Shown: positions 47,904 through 57,415 of the stretch, piece by piece
How positions within the stretch are numbered: position 1 is the first letter of the stretch
Layout of the letters: the number at the start of each line of letters is the position of its first letter
NCBI GenBank assembly: GCA_019913005.1
Contig: JAIOHL010000190.1
Coordinates: 4,732 to 68,731, forward strand
Direction: 5' to 3'
Length of the DNA: 64,000 bases
From: Anaerolineae bacterium
GTDB taxonomy: Bacteria; Chloroflexota; Anaerolineae; Aggregatilineales; J027
The notes under the pieces: model-generated
Database searches by the model: none
Seen by the model: the letters and a program-made list of their open reading frames with translations, nothing else
What the model was told of the DNA's origin: nothing
Position numbers and translations under genes: made by a program

Positions 47904-48866
47904 ATGCCACACATTTTGATTCCTGATAATCTGGAAAAAATCGGCCTCAATCTTTTGACCCAAGCGCAGGGCGTGACCATTCAGGCCCCGGCCAAAATGA
48001 CGCGCGATGAGGTTTTGGCAGTAGTCGGCGATGCGGATGGCATGATTATCCGAAGCGGAACGAAGGCCAATGCGGAATTATTGCAGAAGGCCAGCAAACT
48101 CAAGGCGATTGTGCGGGCAGGGGTCGGCGTGGATAACGTTGACCTTGTAAAAGCGACTGAACTTGGTATCGCAGTCATGAATACCCCGGCTGGCAACACC
48201 GTCGCCACTGCGGAACACACGATGGCCTTGATGTTGGCGTTGGCACGGCATATCCCTAAAGCGCAAATTTCCATGCTGGAAGGGCAATGGGAGCGTAAGG
48301 CGTTCATGGGTACGGAACTGCGCGGCAAGACGCTCGGCATTATCGGGTTTGGGCGTGTCGGGCAGGCAGTGGCAAAACGCTCACTCGCGTTTGAGATGAA
48401 CGTCATTGCCTATGATCCCTATGTATCCAAACAGGTCGCGCAATCGCTCAATGTGGCGCTGTTGTCACTTGATGAATTGTTGACGCGGGCCGATTATCTG
48501 ACTCTGCACACGGTTGTAACGCCTGAGACCGAGCATCTGATTGACGCTGAGAACATCGCCAAGATGAAAGATGGGGTGCGGTTGATTAATGCGGCGCGTG
48601 GCAGTCTGGTCAATGAATACGATCTGGCTGAGGCGATCAAGAGTGGCAAAATCACTGGGGCGGCTTTGGATGTGTATACCGAAGAACCGCCGCAGAAAGA
48701 TAACCCATTGATTGGCTTGTCGGGCATTATTCATACCCCGCATCTGGGGGCCAGCACTCTTGAAGCACAAGAGGCCGTCGCCGCCGAAGCTGCTGAAATC
48801 ATGCTGGATGCGCTGCTGCGGAATGAATATCGCAATGTAGTGAATCGAGAAGTACAGGTCGGGTAA
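47904..48866 (+). CDS. serA: D-3-phosphoglycerate dehydrogenase (no ACT domain)
   Basis: RAGVGVDNVD, GFGRVG, NAARG, TPHLGAST; 320 aa. Confidence 0.85.
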   Translation: MPHILIPDNLEKIGLNLLTQAQGVTIQAPAKMTRDEVLAVVGDADGMIIRSGTKANAELLQKASKLKAIVRAGVGVDNVDLVKATELGIAVMNTPAGNTVATAEHTMALMLALARHIPKAQISMLEGQWERKAFMGTELRGKTLGIIGFGRVGQAVAKRSLAFEMNVIAYDPYVSKQVAQSLNVALLSLDELLTRADYLTLHTVVTPETEHLIDAENIAKMKDGVRLINAARGSLVNEYDLAEAIKSGKITGAALDVYTEEPPQKDNPLIGLSGIIHTPHLGASTLEAQEAVAAEAAEIMLDALLRNEYRNVVNREVQVG

Positions 48867-48894
48867 TATTTAGACAGCTACGATCTGGGGATGT

Positions 48895-48939
48895 AAAACA
48901 CCGTACTGGTGAGGGGGGACAACCAGTACGGTGTTTTTT
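48895..48939 (+). terminator. Intrinsic terminator
   Basis: AAAACACCGTACTGGT...ACCAGTACGGTGTTTTTT long perfect stem. Confidence 0.85.
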
Positions 48940-49148
48940 AGTGTCTCCAATATCAGTGACGCGCATCTCCGATATTGGCATTGATCAACGTTCCGCTACA
49001 TCTACATTCTGAATACCATGTACCGTCACAACTACCTCAGGAACGTCATGCTATCAGATTAAGGCAGATGGCTGAGTTTTGGGTAAAAGTAAGATGAATT
49101 TCCCATGAGAGAAACCTCTCATGAACGAAAACTTCTTACCCTGACAGT

Positions 49149-49919
49149 CTAGCGGATGCGGCGCAGTTGTTTTTCAAACACAACCCGCATCACCAAGCGC
49201 CCTAACTTTAGTTCATCGCCATCACGCAATACACGGACTTCTTGCGGATAGACCCGTTCGCCGTTGAGATAGGTATGGTTGACGCTGCCCATATCGGTAA
49301 TCGTAATGGCATTATCCCGATAGCGCAGGGTGGCATGAACACGCGATACCCCCCTATCCTTACCGTCGTATCTGGTCAAATCTACATCCGGCACTAACAC
49401 ACTGTCGGGGGCGGTGCGGCCCATAATCATCTCTTTGGAATCGTCCATCGCCAATTTGATCGGGTCGTGGTCATATCCCTGTACCTTGAGGATTAAATTG
49501 GACAGGCTGCCAAAGGTTGTTCCGGCGAGGCCTTCGTCTTCGACGATTAGTTGTTGTGTTCCCTGCGAAATTCCTGCTTTGACCAAGAGCGTCCCGCAGG
49601 CATAACAATAACCTGCATGGGGTGGATTTGATTTACCACATTGAGGACAGGCAATATCGTCGGTAGGCGGCTCTGGCATGGAGGACTTTGGTGGTGGGGG
49701 TGGACTAATCTTGGCATTTGGATTGGGGGGGTGATGTAAGCCTTCATTCATTTCCCATTGGCGGATGAGACCCGCGATTTGTTCGCGTTCGGCAGTGGAA
49801 ATGAGAGGGCGCAGACGTTTGAGTTCTTGTAGGGCGTGGTCAGGGGCGGCTCCCTGTCGGCGCATAAACACAAACGCCTCAAATAAGTCTTGTACTTTGT
49901 ATTCCAATGGGTTACTCAT
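49149..49919 (-). CDS. Zinc-ribbon + FHA domain protein
   Basis: CPQCG...CYACG; MGR, GVSRVHA, DMGSVNHTYLNG, LRDGDELKLG. Confidence 0.9.
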   Translation of the reverse strand: MSNPLEYKVQDLFEAFVFMRRQGAAPDHALQELKRLRPLISTAEREQIAGLIRQWEMNEGLHHPPNPNAKISPPPPPKSSMPEPPTDDIACPQCGKSNPPHAGYCYACGTLLVKAGISQGTQQLIVEDEGLAGTTFGSLSNLILKVQGYDHDPIKLAMDDSKEMIMGRTAPDSVLVPDVDLTRYDGKDRGVSRVHATLRYRDNAITITDMGSVNHTYLNGERVYPQEVRVLRDGDELKLGRLVMRVVFEKQLRRIR

Positions 49920-50181
49920 AGCTGTTTTCCAAACCTTTTCGTCCTTGAAATCCCCCTTCAAGCACTTTCAAATTGTGCGCCAAGACGGGATTAGCGTCAA
50001 GCGATTGCGGAAATTTTTCATAGGTGTAAAGAACAACTAATAGTTTCATGAAGTTTTCAAAAGACTGCAACCCAATCTCAAAGCCTGCGTATAGATGATT
50101 GAACACAATAAACAACAAACAATAAACAGGGACAATCAACACCACAACCCATAATTGTGGAACTCGGTAGAGGAGTAGTGT

Positions 50182-51033
50182 ATGAGCGACTATGATAAAA
50201 CCATTGACCCGGCAGTGCCTGTCGAAGGTGGCAATGGTGAACTCAAGCAAGATTGGAATTATCAACCCAACGATGACGGGGCGATCCCGATTCCGGTGCG
50301 AATTGGATCACGCTTAGAAGAAGCCCCACCCACAAACGAACCGCCGATGCAGGGGGTTGCCGATGATGACGCGATTGTGCGGGAATATGAGCGCAAGTAT
50401 TATCGCCAAAGCCTCTACAACGACGCGCCGATGCCCCAACCGCGTGTAGGTGACAGTCACAAACAAAAGCGGCAGTGGAATTTCCGCGACATCAATGTCA
50501 AAGCTCCACCCAAGCATCGCTATCAAACCCGTGCCATGTCGGGTGAAGTGCAGGATACGGAACGCACATGGGCCGCGATTGCGCACGCGAGCGCCCTGCT
50601 CACCATTTTGGTGGCGATTGCCGCCGCGCCGGGGGTGCTGTTGACAGTGCTCATTCCATTGGGGATTTATCTGGCCTTCCGGAACAAGTCCGAGTTTGTG
50701 GCCTTCCACGCGCTGCAAGCCTTCACGATTCAGGTGGTAGGGACAGTCGGAGCGCTGGTGCTGCTGTTGGCGGGGACGCTGGTCTTGGGGACACTCATCG
50801 CAATATCGGCGGTGTTAAGCCTTGTGCTGATTGGCATCCCATTCCTGATCTTCTTCGTCCTGCTCTTGGTCGGACTGGTGCTATTCAGCGTATTCGTCCT
50901 GCCGCTTGGTATGGTGGTCTACAGCATGATTGCTGCCGACGCCGCCTACAAGGGCCGCAACTATCGCTATCCGTATATCGCGGACTGGCTGGATGACCAA
51001 TTGAAAAACGGGATGCTTGGATCCGTGATCTAG
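50182..51033 (+). CDS. DUF4870-type membrane protein with long N-terminal extension
   Basis: ERTWAAIAHAS, FVAFHALQA, GRNYRYPYI. Confidence 0.8.
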   Translation: MSDYDKTIDPAVPVEGGNGELKQDWNYQPNDDGAIPIPVRIGSRLEEAPPTNEPPMQGVADDDAIVREYERKYYRQSLYNDAPMPQPRVGDSHKQKRQWNFRDINVKAPPKHRYQTRAMSGEVQDTERTWAAIAHASALLTILVAIAAAPGVLLTVLIPLGIYLAFRNKSEFVAFHALQAFTIQVVGTVGALVLLLAGTLVLGTLIAISAVLSLVLIGIPFLIFFVLLLVGLVLFSVFVLPLGMVVYSMIAADAAYKGRNYRYPYIADWLDDQLKNGMLGSVI

Positions 51034-51077
51034 GGAGTCTATCACCCAAGCAGTAGAACTAGAACGAGGAAACGAAG

Positions 51078-51109
51078 AACGCGCTCATTGAGGGAGGGGC
51101 GCGTTTTTT
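51078..51109 (+). terminator. Intrinsic terminator
   Basis: AACGCGCTC...GGGCGCGTTTTTT. Confidence 0.65.
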
Positions 51110-51196
51110 GTTTTAGGGGCGAACACGGGACTAAAGCCGCCGTGCTGAAATTAGCTAAAAGTTCGGTTCAGTTGTACTGTTGCAGGGTTTGAAATT

Positions 51197-51221
51197 GGGC
51201 AGGGCTAAGACCTGCCCCTAC
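51197..51221 (-). repeat. GTAG-type REP element
   Basis: Minus strand GTAG-GGGCAGGTCTTAGCCCTGCCC. Confidence 0.6.
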
Positions 51222-51257
51222 GGATGAACAGCGCTTCGCAGGGGCACGTTTTTTGTT

Positions 51258-51599
51258 TTATTTGAGGGAGAGGAAAATCACTTGTCCCTGACTTTCTTCA
51301 GCAGTCATTCGAGTATGCAGGACACGAATTCCACGCACCCAATCCCCGATAGAGGTTTTTTGCTGTTGAGCATAAACAATTCCCGCGTGTTCAACCCCTT
51401 CAGCAGCAAGGATAAGGAAATCGCTATCATAAGTGCATAAAACGCGACCTAACTCTGTGGCCCGCTGCAAATGATTTATGTCCTCATCGCCCAGTTTTTC
51501 GAGACTATGGGCAGATACCACATCAATTTTCCCCGCAGCTAATTGTTCACTAACGGCTAATTCAACGCTTTCATCAAAATAGAAACGTAATTCACTCAA
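51258..51599 (-). CDS. DUF5615 PIN-like toxin
   Basis: RFYFDES, GDEDINHL, RVLCTYDSDF, HAGIV; overlaps the DUF433 gene. Confidence 0.88.
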   Translation of the reverse strand: MSELRFYFDESVELAVSEQLAAGKIDVVSAHSLEKLGDEDINHLQRATELGRVLCTYDSDFLILAAEGVEHAGIVYAQQQKTSIGDWVRGIRVLHTRMTAEESQGQVIFLSLK

Positions 51600-51897
51600 G
51601 GCGGATTAGTTTCCCCTGATGTTCAAGTTCAGCTAAAAGAGATTCGGCTTTTGCAGAGTCTTGCCGAATTTCAGTATCAATCTCAACCTTATGCTGGTAA
51701 TAATAGGCAAGGGCGGCATAGACCTGACCTAAATCAAGGGCAAAATTGGTTGCCAATTCTTCCGGGGATAGGCCACGATAGAGATGGCTCGATATCAACG
51801 TAACGACACGAAGATTTGTGCCCTTGATGATGGGTTGTCCATCACGGATGGCTGGGTCAGATATGATGGTATCAATGGGTAAGATTGTCGCTGCCAT
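51592..51897 (-). CDS. DUF433 antitoxin
   Basis: DPAIRDGQPIIKGT.LRV, SPEELA, QVYAALAYY. Confidence 0.9.
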   Translation of the reverse strand: MAATILPIDTIISDPAIRDGQPIIKGTNLRVVTLISSHLYRGLSPEELATNFALDLGQVYAALAYYYQHKVEIDTEIRQDSAKAESLLAELEHQGKLIRLE

Positions 51898-51938
51898 AAA
51901 GTCTCCTCACATCCATTATACATTCGGAGGGTTCATTT

Positions 51939-52559
51939 TTAGGATTTCTTATTAGCGGATTCGGGAGATGTCTCCGACAGCACAGTGGCCCGGATAGATT
52001 TCATTTCGCGCACAATCAAGATGCTGTCAATCACGATAATCAAGACGGTCAAGACTGCGCCCTGCTGTGCCCATTCGGTTAAGAACGACTCCACCAAGAG
52101 GAAAAATGAGCCAAATACAATGACCACCGACGGCGCTAAGGCCCAACTATCGGGGTCAAGGTGGCGGATAATCTTGTCGTGGTGCTGTAATTTGACCAGA
52201 TGGATGACAAAAAAGGCGAGGCCAATGATGATTGGAATAATGGGCCATGCGATGTCGGTGGCTTCATTGGTGTAGTCGTTATACATCCTGACCAAATTTT
52301 CCTGCCGCGAGAGAGCCGACCCCAGCGACATCGCCAGCAACAAACAGCCCGTCACCAATGCCACTTCTACCTTGAGCCAAAAGAAATAGAGCATCAGCAG
52401 AATTCCGGCAAAAACAATCAGGACGGCATTCGGCGGGAAGGGGACATCCACATTGGTAAGCACGGGCAGCAGTGTATAGAGGATCATGCTGAGGAGAAAA
52501 ATGGTGAGTGCCAAGATAATCACTCGGCTTTCAATCTGACTGCGCGAGGCGTTTGGCAT
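51939..52559 (-). CDS. Membrane protein of unknown function
   Basis: About 6 TM segments. Confidence 0.65.
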   Translation of the reverse strand: MPNASRSQIESRVIILALTIFLLSMILYTLLPVLTNVDVPFPPNAVLIVFAGILLMLYFFWLKVEVALVTGCLLLAMSLGSALSRQENLVRMYNDYTNEATDIAWPIIPIIIGLAFFVIHLVKLQHHDKIIRHLDPDSWALAPSVVIVFGSFFLLVESFLTEWAQQGAVLTVLIIVIDSILIVREMKSIRATVLSETSPESANKKS

Positions 52560-52643
52560 AATTGCATAGCCCTGTTTGATAGCTCCAGTAATCTACTGCA
52601 TCTTACCATAGATACCAGAGATTACGCCCCTCAAAAACGGGTG

Positions 52644-52901
52644 TTAATCAGGGTTGCCAAATTTCTTCCGATAATATTCTGTCATCGTTTCGCGCACAGT
52701 GGTAGATAAATCCGTCAGGTCGGTGTCTAAACTGTCTACGAAGGTATCAAATGGATCAATCAACTCATTTGGTTGATTAGGAAGCGATTCATACAGCTCG
52801 AGTAACGATTGTAAAACCGCTTCTAGGGGGCGATTTTCACGTTGGGCAATGGCTTGCAGCCGTTCCGCTAATTCCTTTTGGATAACCAATTCAACCATCA
52901 T
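52644..52901 (-). CDS. Small antitoxin-like (ribbon-helix-helix-like) protein
   Basis: VELVIQKELAERLQAIAQRENRPLEAVL; SD GGAGG. Confidence 0.6.
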   Translation of the reverse strand: MMVELVIQKELAERLQAIAQRENRPLEAVLQSLLELYESLPNQPNELIDPFDTFVDSLDTDLTDLSTTVRETMTEYYRKKFGNPD

Positions 52902-53045
52902 ATTCCTCCGGAACACCATCTCACTAACATCATAACATAGCCATTTGAGATTTAGCCATTTATCCTGCCCCTTTGTCTAGGTGATTCTCTGGCGGGCAGG
53001 TTGTACAATAGTTCTACTTGATTGTCGGTAAATCAGAATGGGGGA

Positions 53046-55070
53046 ATGCTGCACATGGGGTTTCATGACGCGGGTTGGTGGAGACTGTTGTATATGTCGG
53101 ACGGGTCAAAACCCGAAAAATTGACATGGCCCTTGCTAAAACGGGTATTCAGTTATGCCCGTCCCTATCGCAAACAAATCGTGTGGATGCTGGTGACAAT
53201 TTTGATTTCGTCGGGGTTGGGGTTGGTGTCGCCGCTGATTTTGCGGGAATTGATTGACAACGCTCTGCCGAATGAAGATGTGGGTTTGCTGACGGCACTG
53301 GCGGCATTGTTGATGGTTGTGCCACTGGTGAATGCGACGGTATTGGTGATTCAACGCTGGCTCAATTCGGCTATTGGCGAGGGGCTGATTTTTGACTTAC
53401 GGGCGGCGCTGTTTAATCATCTGCAACGCATGTCGTTGCGATTTTTCACTAATACCAAGACGGGTGAATTGATGAGCCGCCTGAATAATGACGTGGTGGG
53501 GGCACAGCGGGCGGTTAATACGACATTGGTTAGCATCGTGACCAACACGACGATGGTGGTGGCAACGTTGATTGTGATGCTGGCATTGGAATGGCGGCTG
53601 ACGCTATTGGGCTTGATGGTTGTGCCGCTGTTTATCATCCCGGCACGGCGCATGACCCCGGTTCTCCGCAAGATTACCAAAGAGCAGATGAGCGAAAACG
53701 CCAAAATGAACGCGCTGATGAATGAAACCCTCAATATCAGTGGGGCGATGCTGGTCAAGCTGTTTGGTCGAGCGGATGATGAAGATCAGCGATTCCGTAA
53801 ACGGGCCGCCGGGGTGCGTGATGCTGGAGTAAAACAGGCCGTCAGTGGGAGTATGTTCTTCGCGTTCCTCGGCCTCATCGGGGCGGCAGGCACGGCAATT
53901 GTTTACTACATCGGTGGGAGGCTGGTGCTGGATGGGTCATTCTCGATTGGGACGATTGTGGCGTTTGCGGCCTTGCTCAGTCAATTGTATGGCCCCTTGC
54001 AGGCATTGGTGAATGCTCCGGTGGATTTTGTGACCTCCATGATTAGTTTTGAGCGCGTGTTTGAAGTGCTGGATATGCCGCTGGAAGTCGCCGAGAAACC
54101 CGACGCGGTAGCCTTACAGGATGTCAAGGGGGCGGTCACATTCGAGAAGGTCAGCTTTGATTATGATGACGCGGGGACGGTAGGCTTTTTGTCGGAAGTC
54201 GAACGGCACGGCATGGAAAGTGTCAAAAAGGTGCTGTCGGATGATGACACAGGTAAACCGAATGGCAAACCCCAAGCGAACGGCAATGGGGCTACGGAAA
54301 ATGGCAATGACCCATCCGCTGAATCCGTCGAAAAATCACAGGCCCGGACATGGGCATTAGATGGGGTGAGTTTTGAAATTCAGCCGGGGCAGTTGGTGGC
54401 ATTGGTCGGGCCGAGCGGGGCTGGCAAGACGACGATTACGTATTTGCTGCCGCGACTGTATGACCCCACCGAAGGCCAGATTTTGATTGATGGGCATGAT
54501 TTGCGCGATGTGACCCTCAAATCGCTAAGTGAGCAGATTGGCATGGTGACACAGGAAACCTATCTATTCCATGATACGCTGCGGATGAATTTGCTGTATG
54601 CCAAGCCGGATGCTACCCAAGACGAAATTGAGGCGGCGTGTCGGGCGGCGAATATCCACGATTTTATTGCAGCCTTGCCAGAGGGTTATGAAACAGTGGC
54701 GGGGGAACGCGGCTATCGGCTTAGTGGGGGCGAAAAACAACGTATTGCCATCGCACGGGTGCTGCTGAAGAATCCACGCATTTTGGTGCTGGACGAAGCG
54801 ACCTCTCATCTTGATTCGCAGTCGGAGGCGTTGATTCAAGCCGCGCTGGAAAAGGTCATGCAGGGCCGTACCAGCGTCGTCATTGCCCACCGCCTCAGTA
54901 CGATTTTGAAAGCCGATCTGATTCTGGTGATGAATCGGGGGCAGGTGGTCGAACGCGGGTCACACGCCGAACTGCTGGCAAAGGGCGGGTTGTATACCGA
55001 ACTCTATCACACCCAGTTTAATCGAGAGTATGCGCCAGAGGTTGAAGCCAACGCGGTAAGCACCGATTAA
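53046..55070 (+). CDS. ABC exporter, fused permease + ATPase
   Basis: TGELMSRLNNDV TM domain; GPSGAGKT, LSGGEKQR, LDEATS, IAHRLST. Confidence 0.95.
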   Translation: MLHMGFHDAGWWRLLYMSDGSKPEKLTWPLLKRVFSYARPYRKQIVWMLVTILISSGLGLVSPLILRELIDNALPNEDVGLLTALAALLMVVPLVNATVLVIQRWLNSAIGEGLIFDLRAALFNHLQRMSLRFFTNTKTGELMSRLNNDVVGAQRAVNTTLVSIVTNTTMVVATLIVMLALEWRLTLLGLMVVPLFIIPARRMTPVLRKITKEQMSENAKMNALMNETLNISGAMLVKLFGRADDEDQRFRKRAAGVRDAGVKQAVSGSMFFAFLGLIGAAGTAIVYYIGGRLVLDGSFSIGTIVAFAALLSQLYGPLQALVNAPVDFVTSMISFERVFEVLDMPLEVAEKPDAVALQDVKGAVTFEKVSFDYDDAGTVGFLSEVERHGMESVKKVLSDDDTGKPNGKPQANGNGATENGNDPSAESVEKSQARTWALDGVSFEIQPGQLVALVGPSGAGKTTITYLLPRLYDPTEGQILIDGHDLRDVTLKSLSEQIGMVTQETYLFHDTLRMNLLYAKPDATQDEIEAACRAANIHDFIAALPEGYETVAGERGYRLSGGEKQRIAIARVLLKNPRILVLDEATSHLDSQSEALIQAALEKVMQGRTSVVIAHRLSTILKADLILVMNRGQVVERGSHAELLAKGGLYTELYHTQFNREYAPEVEANAVSTD

Positions 55071-55094
55071 CTTTTCCCACCCTTGCCTATTGTG

Positions 55095-55124
55095 AACCCT
55101 CAGAAGGATACCCTTTTGAGGGTT
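55095..55124. terminator. Bidirectional terminator
   Basis: AACCCTCAGAAGG...CCTTTTGAGGGTT between convergent genes. Confidence 0.7.
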
Positions 55125-55127
55125 TAT

Positions 55128-56276
55128 TTATTCGGCCACTGCTCCAACGCGCCATGCCAGCGGTGTCCAGACGAGACTCACATATGGACTGTCAAGGACA
55201 AAATCTTCCATACCCTTCGCCAACTGGCTTTCACCTGCGTGCCACTGCCAGAGTAGGTCATCAGGGATATAGACTACGCTCTCCCCATCTGGTGAAATTG
55301 CGACCCGATGGTTAAAGGGTCGCATTTTATTGTCTCCTTCCAGTGGAATGACATTGCTGCCGTCAACTACCGACCAGCGAGGCTGTGGAAATGGTGGGGT
55401 GATGTCGTTATAGGGTGGGTCAATATGCACATCATAACGAACTACCAGTCCATCTGGATTGGCCGGGTTATATAGCTCTGGCAGGCCGGGCATCAATTGG
55501 TCATCCCCGGTTAATGGGTCTACGAGATGCCATACCCCTGTGGCATCGTAATAGGCGATATACGTTTTGGATTGATAGGTAATCCAAAATTGAAAGTTGG
55601 AATACTTGGGAAATGTAACGGTGTTGAGGAGTTCACCCGTCACATCGTTGTACACCTCAAATCCAGTGAAATTTTCCACCCCGATCCCCACATCTGACCA
55701 GAACACGCGCCGAATCATGGATATATCGCCGAAACCTTGTGGATTTAAATCGCTGACCAGCGCTTCAGTTTCGCCAGTTGCGAGGTTATAGGCCATCAAT
55801 CGTAACAGCCCCGTATCACTTATATATTCAGACCATGCCACCCTAGTTCCGTCAGGCGACCATGTGGGTTCAGAATGGCTGATATAATACCACTGCTCAT
55901 CCTCACTGACCGTCGCGTCTTCGGGTTGACCAGCAATACGCCTTATCTCGCCAGTATCTAGATCACAGAGTAGGACATCATTGGGAAAGTCTGCCCCGCT
56001 GCCTTCCCAGTCTCTATCAATCCAAATTTGGGCGGTTGCGAGATAGGCCACGATCCGCTGGGTAGGCGAAAGCTGCATTGCGGATTCCACCACATCGCCT
56101 TTGCAACCATCGAATTCCACCGCCTGTTCATCGGTCCACCACCACAGGTCAGAATGACCGCCTTCGCGCCATGCTTGTGATATTAAAAGCGCAGGGGTTT
56201 CCTCAGTGGCACGGACTGATAAAGATGGCATTAGGAGCGCAAAAAGGAAAACCAGTAAGGAAAGTTTTTTATTCAT
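55128..56276 (-). CDS. Secreted TolB-like beta-propeller protein
   Basis: Signal peptide; LSPT, PTWSPDG, ISPDG. Confidence 0.7.
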   Translation of the reverse strand: MNKKLSLLVFLFALLMPSLSVRATEETPALLISQAWREGGHSDLWWWTDEQAVEFDGCKGDVVESAMQLSPTQRIVAYLATAQIWIDRDWEGSGADFPNDVLLCDLDTGEIRRIAGQPEDATVSEDEQWYYISHSEPTWSPDGTRVAWSEYISDTGLLRLMAYNLATGETEALVSDLNPQGFGDISMIRRVFWSDVGIGVENFTGFEVYNDVTGELLNTVTFPKYSNFQFWITYQSKTYIAYYDATGVWHLVDPLTGDDQLMPGLPELYNPANPDGLVVRYDVHIDPPYNDITPPFPQPRWSVVDGSNVIPLEGDNKMRPFNHRVAISPDGESVVYIPDDLLWQWHAGESQLAKGMEDFVLDSPYVSLVWTPLAWRVGAVAE

Positions 56277-56396
56277 AAAAGTTCCCTCCAATCATAGCGT
56301 TATTTTCTAAAGACTGACCCTAGAGATGGATAGTTCCCTATGATTGGCCTATGCCATTTTGGTTGTTAAAAATTCAACAGCAAGGCACAGCGCAGA

Positions 56397-57407
56397 TTAA
56401 TCTTCTTCATTACAATACCCTTGCCAATTTATTGAGGTGAAACCACCAGTAGTAAATTGCAGTTCTCCATCCTCTCCACCAAAGGCCAATATATTTCCAT
56501 TAGGGCTAAAGGCCGCCGCAAAAATTGGCCTATCGGAAAGTTTGGTTTCTTCTAAAAGCTCACCTGTGTCAGTCGCCCAGATCTTCAACATTCCGTCAGT
56601 GCTAAGGCTAGACAGGCAGGCGTCATTTGTGCTGAAGAGAAGGGCGCGAATGGTACTGTATTCCCATCCTCGTGGTTGGCTATTCGTACCTTCGAGGTTA
56701 AGTACGATTTGATTCAGGGACAAATCCCATAGGCGTATCCAGCCATCTTGAGTTCCGAAAGCGATGCGCTCACCGGCTGAATCCCACGTAATTGCATAGA
56801 TACTATTCCAGCCATCATCGGTATCCGGTTCATTCATGATAGCTATTGTTTCAAGCGTTGTCGTATCCCAAACCTCAGCTCTTCCAACAACTGTTGCAAC
56901 TGCAATTTGGGTCTCGTCTGGACTCCATTGCATTTGAGTTGCACCACCAGAACGACCTGATTTGATCTTTTGATAACTTGTAGAATCCCAAATATTGAAT
57001 CTTCCGCCACTGACGGAAAAGGTAAGAATTTGTGTTCCATCAGGGTTCCATCCGACCCATGATATAGGATCGTTTATCTCAAATAAAATTGTCAGTTGCT
57101 CTCCAATACTCGAATCCCATACTCGTACTGTTCCATCAAAACCGCCCGTTAAAATTCGATTGTCAATGGGACTCCAACCAATTGTGGTAATCTCATCGGA
57201 GTGGCCTTCCAGCACCCCCAAAAGGCTATTGTTGGTAGTATCCCAGATACGCACTAGGCCATCGGTGTATCCAACTACCACTTTGCTTCCGTCAGGATTC
57301 CAAGCAATTGCACTAATCCCAGTAACATGAGGAGTCTGGGCTTTGGTTGGGTTTAATGCAACCGCCGAAAATGCTAGGCATAGCAGAATGATAAAAATTC
57401 TTTTCAT
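56397..57407 (-). CDS. Secreted WD40 repeat protein
   Basis: Signal peptide; LEGHSDEITTIGWSP...DGTVRVWD and several similar repeats. Confidence 0.9.
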   Translation of the reverse strand: MKRIFIILLCLAFSAVALNPTKAQTPHVTGISAIAWNPDGSKVVVGYTDGLVRIWDTTNNSLLGVLEGHSDEITTIGWSPIDNRILTGGFDGTVRVWDSSIGEQLTILFEINDPISWVGWNPDGTQILTFSVSGGRFNIWDSTSYQKIKSGRSGGATQMQWSPDETQIAVATVVGRAEVWDTTTLETIAIMNEPDTDDGWNSIYAITWDSAGERIAFGTQDGWIRLWDLSLNQIVLNLEGTNSQPRGWEYSTIRALLFSTNDACLSSLSTDGMLKIWATDTGELLEETKLSDRPIFAAAFSPNGNILAFGGEDGELQFTTGGFTSINWQGYCNEED

Positions 57408-57415
57408 GGTCGTTC

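Noticed and set aside
48946-49123. Extra hairpins (CCAATATC...GATATTGG; CATGAGAG...CTCTCATG) as an sRNA
   Set aside because: They lie between convergent genes and are explainable as 3' UTR or terminator structures; no promoter or family resemblance seen
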